The notes below the pieces were generated by a model. The model was not told the origin of the DNA, searched no databases, and worked only from the letters and a program-made list of their open reading frames with translations. Position numbers and translations under genes: made by a program. Source: Squalus acanthias (lineage: Eukaryota). Taken from it: a stretch of 64,000 nt of DNA. The stretch covers positions 53,942,001 to 54,006,000 of the forward strand of contig CM059438.1 of NCBI GenBank assembly GCA_030390025.1, in the 5' to 3' direction. Positions 50,585-61,997 of this stretch are shown here, piece after piece. The first letter of the stretch is position 1, and each line of letters opens with the position of its first letter.

Positions 50585-51878
50585 AAATATGATGAATAGT
50601 CAGCATAGATTTCAAAAGAAAAGTCTTGCTTGGCCAACCACACTGAATTCTTTTAAGAGGTAACAGAGAGTAGACAAGGGTAATGCAGTAGATGTAATTT
50701 ATCTAGATTTCCAAAAGGCCTTCGATAAGGTACCACATAATAGACTAATGAATAAAGTCAGAGAATGCGGAGTCAGAGGACAAGTTGCAGAAAGGATAGT
50801 GAGCTGGCTTCAAGACAGAAAGCAGAGAGATGGGGTAATGGGTAGCTATACTCAGTGGCAGAAGGTGGAAAGTGGGGTCCCACAGGGATCAGTGCTGGGA
50901 CCAATGTTCACAATTTATATAAACGATTTAGACTTCAGAATCAAAAACACAATTTCTAAATTTGCGGATGACGCCAAATTGGGGGGGGGGGATAGTCAAT
51001 ACTGAGGAGGACTGCAACAATTACAAGGAGACATTAATAAACTTGCAGAATGGGCATATAATTGGAAAATGAATTTCAACACACACAAATGTGAGGTATT
51101 ACATTTTGGTAAGAAAAATAAGGAGGTCACATATTACTTGGAAAATAAGAATCTAAATGGGGTAGAAGAGCAAAGGGATCTGAGTACAAATACATAAATC
51201 ATTAAAAGTAGCGACACTGGTTAACAAAGCCATAACAAAAGCAAACCAAGCACTAGGGTTTATTTCTAGAGGGATAGAATTGAAAAGTAAAGAAGTTAAG
51301 CTAACCCTGTATCGAACCTTGGTTAGACCACACTTGGAGTACTGCGTACAATTCTGGTCGCCATATTATAGAAAGGATATAGAGGTACTGGAGAGGGTGC
51401 AAAAACGATTTACAAGGATGATACCAGAAAAGCGAGGTTAAACCTATCAGGAAAGGATAAACAGGCTGGGTCTCTTTTCTCTTGAAAAGAGAAGGCTGAG
51501 GGGTGACCTAATAGAGGTCTTTAAAATTATGAAAGGTTTTGATGGAGTAGATACAGAGAGAATGTTTCCACTTGTGGGGAAGAGCATAACTAGAGGCCAT
51601 CAATACAAGATAGTCACCAAGAAATCAAATAGGGAATTCAGAAGAAACTTCTTTACCCAGAGAGTTGTGAGAATGTGGAACTCGCCACCACAGGGAGTGG
51701 TTCAAGCAAATAGTATAGATGCATTTAAGGAGAGGCTGGACAATCATATGAGGGAGAAGGGAATAGAGGGTTATGCTGATAGAGATAGAGGAGGAAAGAC
51801 GGGAGGAGGCTCGAGTGGAGCATAAACACTGGACTGGTTGGACCGAATGGCTTGTGTCTGTGCCGTATATCCTATGTA
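50585..51878 (+). mobile_element. CR1 RT through 3' end
   Basis: GVPQGSVLGP, KFADD and a CR1 tail. Confidence 0.9.
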
Positions 51879-51879
51879 A

Positions 51880-53395
51880 AGTCAGAGTTCCCATGGTGGG
51901 ATAAAGTTGGCGTAGGTAGGGTGAAGTCAGCTTGGAGCATCGACGAACTGATGGCCAGGTTCGGAGACGGGTGTGGAGGACAAGTGAGTTCAGGAGCTAT
52001 TTGAAGCCAAACCTTTCTGCAGGTTTTCCCGTGCCTTGGTCCTGAACCCCTCTTTCTCTTTCTCTCTCTCTCTCTCTCTCTCGTTTCTCCCCTATCTCCC
52101 CTCATACACCTTCTGAGCTCATTGTCCATGAGACCCACCTCCTGCTCCCTGGACTCCATTTCCACTAAACTGCTGACCACCCAACTCTCCTTCCGGTCCC
52201 TCCTGCTAGCTGACATTGTAAATGGTTTGCTCTCCTCACTGTTCCTCTCACTTTCAAAACTGCCATCATCACCCGATCCTCAAAAAAAACCTCCGAGATC
52301 CCTCTGTCCTTGCAAACTGTCACCCCATCTCCAACCACCCTTTCCTCTCAAGTCCTTGAACATGTTGTCACCTCCTAAATCTGGCCCATTTTTCCCGCAA
52401 CTCCCATGTTTGATTCAACCCCTCCAATTTGGTTTCCATCCCTCCCACAGCACTGAAACTGCCCTAATTAAAGTCACAAAGGACATCCTCTACTATGACT
52501 GGTTCACTATCCTTGCATGACCTCTGTACCCTTTGACATGGTTGACCACACCTTTGTCCAACTCAGTGGGATTGTCCTCACCGCCATCTCTTTTGACCCC
52601 TCCACTGCCTCCACAATTTCCTGCAGTTGAAATTTCCTCCAGATTGAAACCATTGTCTTCGGTCCCTGCCACAAACTCAGTTCCCCTGTCATCGATTCCA
52701 TCGCCCTCCCTGGTCACCGTCTCAGGTTGAACCAGACTGTTTGTGACCTTGGCATCCTATTTGACCCAGAGCTGAGATTCCGACCACACATTCTCTCCAT
52801 CACCAAGACCGCCTACTTCCACCTCTCTAATATCGCCCGTCTCCACTCCTGCCTCAGCTGACCTGCTGCTGAAACCCTCATCCATGCCTTTGTTACCTCC
52901 AGACTCAACTATTCCAACCTCCCACCTTCCATAAACTTGAGCTCATCCAAAACTCTGCTACCCATCACCCCTGTGCTCGCTGACCTACACTGACTCTCGG
53001 TCCGACAACCACTCCAATCTAGGATTCTCGTCCTAGTGTTCAAATCCCTCCATGGCCTCGCCCCTCCCTACCTCTAACTTCCTCCAGCCCTACAACCCTC
53101 TCCCTCGAATTCTCCATTCCTTTGACTCGGGCCTCTTGTGCAGCCCCACTGTTGCTGCCTGTTTCTTTAACTGCCTAGGCCCCATTCTCTGAATTCCCTC
53201 CCTAAACCCCTCTGCCTCCCCACCTCTCTCTCCTTGAAGACCCTCCTGAAAACCCACCACTTTGACCATTTAGTCACTCCTCCTCGTATCGCCTCCATTG
53301 TCATGACAGCCATTTGTGTCTGATTCCGTCTCTGTGAAGCACCTTGGGACTTTTTTTGCATTAAAGGAAAAACATCAATGCAAGTTGTTGCTGCT
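51880..53395 (+). mobile_element. Degenerate L2 LINE
   Basis: PTSCSLDSISTKLL, QFGFHPSHSTETALIKV and an L2 tail. Confidence 0.8.
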
Positions 53396-53683
53396 GAGAA
53401 GTTATAATGGAAAAAGTTAACGCTGAGATTTCTCCGATTATGGGTGGCTACAGATTGATTGCATTTCTGAACCAATCGGTGCAATCATGGAAAAGCAACT
53501 GCACATTTCCCAGTGTGAATTGTGGAACGTGAGCTAGAGGCAAGAGTTTTAGTTCCAATAGATATGGCCAAATTCGTGCATTTCTAAACTAACCCTAACC
53601 AACGTTATTGAGAAGTAACTGCTCAGACCATCGATAGTTCTAGACTCAGTTTTACTGAAACAAAGTTTTGCTTCTATCCTCAG

Positions 53684-53753
53684 TACAAACACAACGGTGT
53701 CTGATAGTCCATTCCTGTGCTCTGAAACAGATGCTAAAGCTATTGTGGAAGCA
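53684..53753 (+). CDS. ppa1: ppa1 exon 9 (CTNTTVSDSPFLCSETDAKAIVEA)
   Basis: CCTCAG acceptor, GTAAGT donor. Matches PPA1 CMNTTLSESPF. Confidence 0.95.
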
Positions 53754-53944
53754 GTAAGTATGCTGATCACTTGTCTGATATTGCAGTGAGCTGTTGGAGG
53801 ATATAACCTGCTGCTCTGTCTCGGGTACATGCAACTGAAGCACGCCTTGGTTCCTTCTTGTAATCGGCCATGCCTGTGCTGTTTCGAATAGGTTTTTTAG
53901 TCTGATTACCAATTTGAAATGTCCTGGAGCACTCGGAGCAGATG

Positions 53945-54566
53945 ACCGTTGTCTAACAGTTGGTAGCACTCTCGCCTCTGAGTCAGACAGTCGTGGGTTC
54001 AAGCCCCACTCCAAGGATATGAGCACATTATCCAGGCCGACACTCCCAGTGCAGTACTGAGGGAGCGCTGCGCTGTCGGAGAGGCAGTACTGAGGGAGCG
54101 CTGCGCTGTCGGAGGGGCAGTACTGAGGGAGCGCTGCGCTGTCGGAGAGGCAGTACTGAGGGAGCGCTGCGCTGTCGGAGAGGCAGTACTGAGGGGAGCG
54201 CTGCGCTGTCGGAGAGGCAGTACTGAGGGAGCGCTGCACTCTCGGAGGGGCAGTACTGAGGGAGTGCCGCGCTGTCGGAGGGGCAGTACTGAGGGAGCGC
54301 CGCGCTGTCGGAGGGGCAGTACCGAGGGAGCGCCGCGCTGTCGGAGGGGCAGTACCAAGGGAGCGCCGTGCTGTCGGAGGGGCAGTACCAAGGGAGCGCC
54401 GCGCCGTCTGAGGGGCAGTACCAAGGGAGCGCTGCACTGTCGGAGGGGCAGTACCAAGGGAGCTTTTGGATGACACGTTAAACCGAGGTTCCTTCAGGTA
54501 GATATTCAAGATCCCAGCACTTTTTGAAGAGGAGCAGGGGCGTTCACCCAGTGTCCTGGCTAACAT
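53945..54566 (+). mobile_element. tRNA-headed Deu-SINE (SacSINE1-like) with internal 33-bp tandem expansion
   Basis: Head TTGGTAGCACTCTCGCCTCTGAGTCAGA...GGGTTCAAGCCCC and core CAGTACTGAGGGAG...GGATGACACGTTAAACCGAGG. The array spans 54051-54462. Confidence 0.75.
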
Positions 54567-54744
54567 CTGTCTGTCTGTGCCTGACTGCATACGTCTGTCT
54601 GTCTGTGCCTGACTGCGTACGTCTGTCTGTCTCTGCCTGCCTGCCTGCATCTGTCTGTCTCTGTGTCTGGCTGTCTGTCTGTGTCCGCCTGGCTGCGTCT
54701 GAGTCATTGGGCTTATATTGGGCTGTACTTCCTCTCACCCCGCT

Positions 54745-55870
54745 TCTTGTAAAGACTCTCTTTCCATTCTCCCAGTTTCTCGTCTCTGTCGCATCTGTTC
54801 TGACGATGCCACCTTCCATTCCAGTGCTTCCGATATGTCTTCCTTTTTCCTCAACTGAGGATTCCCCTCTACCGTGGTTGACATGGCCCTCGACTGTTTC
54901 TGTTCCATTTCCCGCACTTCTGCTCTCACCTCTTCTCCCTCCCAAAACCATGATAGGGTTCCCCTTGTCCTCACCTTCCACTCCACCATTTCCACCACCT
55001 CCAGCGTGATCCCACCACCAAACACATCTTCCCCTCCCCTTTCAGCATTCCAAAGGGACCGTTCCCTCAACGACACCCTGGTCCACTCCACAATCACCCC
55101 CAACAGCCCCCTCCCCTTCCCACAGCACTTTCCCATGCAAGCACAGGGGATGCAACACCTGCCCTTTTACCTCCATCCTTCCCACCGTCCAGGGCCCCAA
55201 ACACTCCTTCCAGGTGAAACAGCGATTTACTTGTACTACTTGCAATTTAGTAGACTGTATTCGCTGCTCACGGTGTGATCTCCTCTACATTGGCGAGACC
55301 AAAGGCAGATTGGGTGACCGCTTTGTGGAACGCCTCCGTTCAGTCTGCAAGCGCGACCCCAAGTTTCTGGCTCGCCTGTCATTTTAATTCTCCGCTCCAC
55401 TCCCAATCTGACCTCTTTGTCCTCGGCCTCCTACACTGTTCCAATGAAACTCAACATAAGCTGGAGCAACAGCGCCTCATCTTTCGATTGGCACTTTACA
55501 ACCTTCCAGACTCAACATTGAGTTCAACAATTTCAGATCAGCAAGATACAGAGACAGGGAAAGGGGGAGGGGAGGAATGAACAAAAGGGAAGGCCTGTGA
55601 ACGGGTGGAAGGCAGGAGAGAGTAAATGACAAAAGGGATGATGCTGCGAGGCAGAAGGGGATGATAATGGGACAAGTAAAAACAAAAGATGGGTCTGGAG
55701 GAGGCAGAGCCATTATCAACAGCTGCCGTCTGGAAAAAATGGGAGCAGAGGTTCTGATCTGAATTTGTTGAACTCGGTGTTGGGTCCGGAAGGCTGTAAA
55801 GTGCCTCGTGGAAAGATGAGGTGCTGTTCCTCGAGCTTCCGTTGAGCTTCATTGGAACAGTGTAGGGGGC
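54745..55870 (+). mobile_element. Penelope-like remnant with an inverted 3' copy
   Basis: Homologous to 36950-37500 (CIRCSRC...LYIGET at ~55255-55300). Segment 55750-55866 is an inverted homologue of 55431-55540. Confidence 0.8.
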
Positions 55871-56230
55871 AGAGGTGGGAGTGGGGTGGAGAATGAAAGT
55901 GATGTGAATGTTGCTGTGAGGGATCAGTCTCTGCCGTCTAGAAACAGCACCTTGGCATCAGTAGGGAGTCAGTTCTGCCGTGTGGGGGGCTGCAGTGTTC
56001 AGTGCTGATAAGATTCAATCATAACTTTCAAAAGGAAATTGGAGAAATACTTAAAGGTCAAATTTGCCGGACTATGGGGAAAGAGCCGGGGAGTGGGACT
56101 AATAGGAGAGCTCTTTCAAAGAGCCGGCACAGGCACGATGGGCCGAATTCTGTGCAGTATGATTTTATGAATTGTTACAGGACTCCCACCTGCTTCAGAT
56201 TAAACATGTCTAAACTTTCTCTTGTTGCAG

Positions 56231-56270
56231 GTGCCAGAGTTTGCAGCGGGTGATTCAGTGCCGGCGGCTG
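56231..56270 (+). CDS. ppa1: ppa1 exon 10 (VPEFAAGDSVPAA, phase 1)
   Basis: Strong TTTCTCTTGTTGCAG acceptor and GTAAGA donor. It supplies the phase 0 to 1 link required between exons 9 and 11. The sequence itself is weakly conserved. Confidence 0.8.
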
Positions 56271-56704
56271 GTAAGAGTTTTCCAGACTTGTATTTATGCC
56301 ACCATGGGGTAGAGGTGACTCGCGGCCATGTCATCACCCAGTGCTTAACAAATTCCACTATTGTAACAGTTTGGTGCAGACGTGGTGAGCGTTACTTCTA
56401 CTTTCCACAGTTCACCTCTGTCACTTTAGCTCTTGCACCAAGACCGGATTCATTATGTAATTCTGGAGAGCAGACGTGTCTCGGACCTTTGTATCTGCAA
56501 ATACCTCTTACCCATTGCAAATACTTCTGGTCAGTTAGATGCAGGAAGAGTTGGCTAATGATCACTGACTGAAGTAGGTTTTAAGAAAAACTGCTTCACT
56601 TCCTGTAATGCTGTCTCTGACCATCTGTCTGTGTGTCTCTCTCGCTCTGGCTGTATGGGGGGCTGGCTGTTGTCTGTCTGGCTGTGTGGCTGTCTGTCTG
56701 TTAC

Positions 56705-58155
56705 TTTTAATCGTTTGTGGGATGTGGGCGTCGCTGGCAAGGCCAGCATTTATTGCCCATCCCTAATTGCCCTTGAGAAGGTGGTGGTGAGCCGCCGCCT
56801 TGAACCGCTGCAGTCCGTGTGGTGAAGGTGCTCCCACAGTGCTGTTAGGGAGGGAGTTCCAGGATTTTGACCCAGCGACGATGAAGGAACAGCGATATAC
56901 TTCTAAGTCAGGATGGTGGGGAACTTGGAGGTGGTGGTGTTCCCATGCGCCTGCTGCCCTTGTCCTTCTAGGTGGAAGAGGTCGCAGGTTTGGGAGGTGC
57001 TGCCGAAGAAGCCTTGGCGAGTTGTTGCAGTGCATCTTGTAGATGGTACACATTGCAGCCACGGTATGCCAATGGTGGAGGGAGTGAATGTTTAAGGTGG
57101 TGGATGGGGTGCCAATCAAACAGGCTGCTTTGTCCTGGATGGTGTCGAGCTTTTTGAGTGTTGTTGCAGCTGCACTCATCCAGGCAAGTGGAGAGTATTC
57201 CATCACACTCCTGACTTGTGCCTTTTAGATAGTGGAAAGGCTTTGGGGAGTCAGGAGGTGAGACGCTCGCTACAGAATACCCAGCCTCTGACTCGCTCTT
57301 GTTGCCACAGTATTTATGTGGCTGGTCCAGTTAAGTTTTTGGTCAGTGGTGACCCCCCAGAATGTTGATGGTGGGGGATTCGGCGATGGTAATGCCGTTG
57401 AATGTCAAGGGGTGGTGGTTAGACTCTCGCTTGTTGGAGATAGTCATTGCCTGGCACTTCTCAGCCCAAGCCTGAACGTTGTCCAGGTCTTGTTGCATGC
57501 GGGCATAGATTGCTTCATTATCTGAGGAGTTGTGAATGGCGCTGAACACTGTGCAGTCATCAGCGAACATCCCCATTTCTGACCTTATGTTGGAGGGAAG
57601 GTCAATGATGAGGCAGCTGAAGATGGTTGGGCCTAGGACACTGCCTTGAGGAACTCCTGCAGTGATGTCCTGGGGCTGTGATGATTGACCTTCAACCACC
57701 AGAACCATCTTCCTTTGTGCTAGGTATGACTCCAGCCAGTGGAGCGTTTCTCCCCGCCCCCCCCCCCCCCCCCCCCCCCCCCCGATTCCCATTGACTTCA
57801 GTTTTACTAGGGCTCCTTGATGTCAAGGGCAGTCACTCTCACTTCAGCTCCATTGTCCATGTTTGGCAGCCGAGTGGTCTTGGCGGAACCCAAACTGAGC
57901 ATCAGTGAGCAGGTTATTGGTAAGTGCTGCTTGATAGCACTGTCGATGACACCTTCCATCACTTTGCTGATGATTGAGAGTAGACTGATGGGGCGGTAAT
58001 TGGCCAGGTTGGATTTGTCCTGCTTTTTGTGGACAGGACATACCTGGGCAGTTTTCCACATTGTCGGATAGATGCCAGTGTTGGCTGTTGGAACAGCTTG
58101 GCTAGAGGCGCGGCTAGTTCTGGAGCACAAGTCTTCAGCACGATAGCCTGGATGT
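56705..58155 (-). mobile_element. CR1/L2-group LINE RT through 3' end (distinct family)
   Basis: NYRPISLLSIISKVME, GVPQGSVLGPTIF, MFADD and MEYSPLAW. Confidence 0.85.
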
Positions 58156-58339
58156 TGTCAGAGCCCATAGCCTCCCCCTCTCGGTTTCTCTTCCCGTCTC
58201 TATCTCTCTCTTGCTCTATGTCACCCACGCTCCGCCTCGCTCACTCCGCCGCCTGCGCTCTCCTTTATGTTGCTTCTTAAAACCTGCCTCTTTGACCAAG
58301 CTTTTGGTCACCTGTCCTAATATCTTTATGTAGTTCCTA

Positions 58340-59310
58340 TTACTCATCTACATGCTGGCCCTTGGCGACATCATCCGAAAACATAATGTTCGTTTCCACA
58401 TATACGCTGACAACACCCAGCTCAACCTCACCACCACTTCTCTCGACCCCTCCACTGTCTCTGAATTGTCAGACAGTTTGTCTGACGTCCAGTACTGGAT
58501 GAGCAGAAATTTCCTCCAATTAAATATTGGGAAGACTGAAGCCATTGTTTTCGGTCCCCGCCACAAACTCTGTTCCCTCGCCACCGACTCCATCCCTCTC
58601 CCTAACATCTGTCTGAGGCTGAACCACACTGTTCGCAACCTTGGTGTTCCGGCCATGTATCTGCGCCATTGCTAAGACCGTCTATTTCCACCTCCGACTC
58701 TGCCCCTGCCTCAGCTCATCTGCTGCTGGAACCCTCATCCATTGTGTCTAGACTTGACTATTCCAGCGCACTCCTGGCCGGCCTCCCACGTTCTACCTCC
58801 GTAAACTTGAGGTCATCAAAACTCTGCTGCCCGTGTCCTAACTCGCACCAAGTCCCGTTCACCCGTCACCCTCTGCTCGCTGCCCTACATTGACTCCCGG
58901 TCTGGCAACGCCTCAATTTAAAAATTTGCATTCTTGTTTTCAAATCCCTCCATGGCCTCACCCCTCCCTGTCTCTCTTAACTTCCTCCAGCCCTACAACT
59001 CTGACATCTCTGCACTCCTCCAATTCTGGCCTCTTGAACTTCTCCAATTTAATTTGCTTCACCATTGGTGGCCATGCCTTCAGGTGCCTAGGCCCTAAGC
59101 TCTGGAATTCCCTGCCTAAACATCTCTGCCTCTCTACATCTCTCTCCTCCTTTAAGACGCTCCTTAAAACCTACCTCTTTGGCCAAGCTTTTGGGCACCT
59201 GTCGTAATATCTCCTTATGTGGCTCGGGGTCAGATTTTGTTTGAAAACGCTCCTGTGAAGCGCCTTGGGACGTTTTACTATGTTAAAGGCGCTATATAAA
59301 TACAAGTTTT
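58340..59310 (+). mobile_element. L2 LINE 3' portion
   Basis: FHIYADNTQL...WMSRNFLQLN, LWNSLPKHL and an L2 tail. Confidence 0.88.
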
Positions 59311-59543
59311 TAAACTGTGTTCAGTGCTGATATTGTGCTGTTGCCGCTTTGCCCTTGGTGTGCCGTTCTACACTGAGACTGTAAACACAGCATGATCCCA
59401 CGCCTGGGGGGGGGGGGGGTCTGGGCTCAGAGACTGGACTCGCAGACCCTGAAATGCGGTTGCTATATAAATGTGGATTGACCTGCACGAAGCTATTTAG
59501 TAATGCTGTCTCTCTCTCTCTCTCTCTCTCTGCCTCTCTGCAG

Positions 59544-59575
59544 TGGACAAGTGGTGGTATGGCAAAAAGAATTAA
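59544..59575 (+). CDS. ppa1: ppa1 exon 11 coding part (VDKWWYGKKN*)
   Basis: (CT)n tract and CAG acceptor, TAA at 59573-59575. Resembles PPA1 VDKWFHHQKN. Confidence 0.93.
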
Positions 59576-59772
59576 GCAGCGAGGAGGAGCTTGACATCAG
59601 CCATCGTAGTCCAAGTCAGTGCAGTTTCTCTTCGATTCACCACGGCAATCAGTTGTAGAATCCGTAGTAGGTTTGAAGAAAAGGAATGAAGTGCAGTGTG
59701 CCCGGAAATGTCTGTCTGTGATCAGTGTAGCATCTACTTCAGATATGAAGGAAGTGTGAAGTGTGTCAATTC

Positions 59773-59778
59773 AATAAA
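59773..59778 (+). terminator. Polyadenylation signal of ppa1
   Basis: AATAAA ~200 nt after the stop, followed by a GT-rich element (TGGTGTTTTGTGG). Confidence 0.75.
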
Positions 59779-59825
59779 ACTTCTCTTAATCCACTTCTGG
59801 TGTTTTGTGGCCCAGTCTGGCTGAG

Positions 59826-60256
59826 ACACTCTCGCTCGGTTACAGCCTTTACCATCATTGGTTAACACTGACACTAGGTTACAGCCTTTACCATCATTGG
59901 TTAACACTCTCACTCGGTTACAGCCTTTACCATCATTGGTTAACACTGACACTAGGTTACAGCCTTTACCATCATTAGTTAACACTGACACTAGGTTACA
60001 GCCTTTACCATCATTGGTTAACACACTCACACTAGGTTACAGCCTTTACCATCAGTAGTTAACACTGACACTCGGTTACAGCCTTTACCATCATTGGTTA
60101 ACACTCTCACTAGGTTACAGTCTTTACCATCATTGGTTAACACTGACACTAGGTTACAGCCTTTACCATCATTGGTTAACACTCTCGCTCGGTTACAATC
60201 TTTACCATCATTGGTTAACACTCACACTAGGTTACAGTCTTTACCATCATGGGTTG
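59826..60256. repeat. 39-bp minisatellite (GGTTACAGCCTTTACCATCATTGGTTAACACTGACACTA), ~11 copies
   Basis: Direct tandem repeat. Degenerate units recur at ~60845-60920. Confidence 0.94.
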
Positions 60257-61004
60257 ACAAGCTCAGTGGTTTAATCTTACTTACCCACTCGGTATCAAAA
60301 TAAAGAGTTTGACCACTGGACTCGATAGAGAGAGTTTTATTCACCTACTTAAACGTAAATATTACTACCAACTACACACAGTACAACCTCAAGTACTCAT
60401 CTGTGCCCAGGACACACAGGTGATCAGTCTTCCTCCCGTCAATGGCACGGCGTCACGAATCACCCCGAGAGCTCGGCCTGACTGGGCTTGGGTTTTTCTG
60501 CATGCCTTGCACAATTAGCAACTCCCCTTCTTGGCCCGATACAGTATTATTCTTTAGTACCGATCTTACATGGAATGCTGGGTCTGGAGATATAAAGATC
60601 TCACCCGCCAGGACAGTAAATCCTTACAACAGCAAGGCCTGCTTGTTACAAAATATAACAAAGCTTGAGCTGATAACACACCACACATCCCTGGCTTCTG
60701 GTGTAAGTTGCTGGTTTTGTGTCAAACAACTGGACTGGTAGTTTTTAGTCGTAAACTAAGTCTTTGCTGTCCAAATTGGTCTATTTTCCCAAAGCATGCT
60801 GGATAAAGATACTGAATTCCTTTCTCTCTCATGCCAACAGCTCACTGTAGGTTACTGTCTTTACTACCACTAGTTAACACTCAGTGACACACTGAAGGTT
60901 ACAGCCTTAACTATCATTAGGATAAAGGCTTGGAAGGACAGCCAGAATGCTGACCATGGCACCTTGGGACAAGAGGCTGTCCAAAGGAAGGAGGAGGGGA
61001 AGCA

Positions 61005-61517
61005 TAATCATAGAATAGTACAGCACAGAAGGAGACCATTCAGCCCATTGAGTCTGTGCTGGCTCTTTCGAAGAGCAATCCAGTTTGTCCCACTCCCCCG
61101 CTCTTTCCCCATATACCTGCATTTTATTCTCGTTCAATTATTTATCCAATTCCCTTTTGAAAGCTACTATTGACTCTGTATCCGTCACCCTATCAGGCAG
61201 CGCATTCCAAATCCTAACCATCATTGTGTAAAAAAGTTTTCCTCTTTTGCCAATCACCTTAAATCTATGCCCTCTGGTTATCAACCCTTCAGCCATTAGA
61301 AACAGTTTTGCTTTATTTACTCTCATCAAATCTCCTCTGAGCCTTCCCTGCTCTAAGGAGAATAACCCCAGCTTCTCCAGTCGAAGTCCCTCATACCTGG
61401 AACCTTTCGAGTAAATCTCTTCCATACCCTCTCCAAAGCCTTCACGTCCTTCCTAAAGTGTGGTGCCCAGAATTGGACACAATACTCCAGCTGGGGCCAA
61501 ACTAGAGTTTTATATAG
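61005..61517 (-). mobile_element. CR1 3' end
   Basis: YLYKTLVWPQLEYCVQFWAPHFRKD, with the tail at ~61005. Confidence 0.85.
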
Positions 61518-61519
61518 GT

Positions 61520-61997
61520 AATGTGGTAGTTGTAGGGGATTCAATAATTAGGGGGCCAGATAGCATCGTTTGTAAGCAGGATTGAGAATTCCATATGATA
61601 TGTTGCCTGCCAGGGTGAGGGTGAGGGTCATCTCAAGCCAGCTTGAAAGGATATTGGAGGGGGAGGGTCCAGTCATTGTGGTCCATGGTGGGACCAACAA
61701 CATAGGGAAGAGTAGGCAAGAGATCCTGTTTGGAGAGTGCTAGGAGCTAAATTAAAGAACAGGACCTCGAGGGTTATAATCTCTGGATTATTACCCAAGC
61801 CACGTGCAAATTGGTCTAGGAGTAAGCAGATTAGGGAGGTGAACTCGTGGCTGAAGGAGTGGTGTGGGAAAGAGGGGGCTCCATTTTATGGTACAACCAG
61901 TACTGGGACAGGAAGGAGCTGTACCATTGGGACGGGGTCCAGCTGAACCGGGCTGGGACCAGGGTCCGAGCGGAAAGGATGAATAGGGCAGTCACAA
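61520..61997 (+). mobile_element. CR1 ORF1 (SGNH esterase-like) remnant
   Basis: VVGDS, VHGGTNN and RVIISGLLP. Homologous to 21170-21650. Confidence 0.75.

Larger units (their letters stand above)
18999..59575 (+). other. ppa1: Gene span: family I soluble inorganic pyrophosphatase, 11 coding exons, 288 aa
   Basis: Exons join in frame (58+65+54+120+87+127+128+86+70+40+32 = 867 nt). Motifs [26 protein letters not shown] and RYKVPDGK are intact. There is no N-terminal mitochondrial presequence, and the C-terminus VDKWWYGKKN is PPA1-like. Confidence 0.93.

Noticed and set aside
53652..54707. 351-aa minus-strand ORF
   Set aside because: It spans the SINE-internal repeat and a microsatellite, antisense to exon 9.
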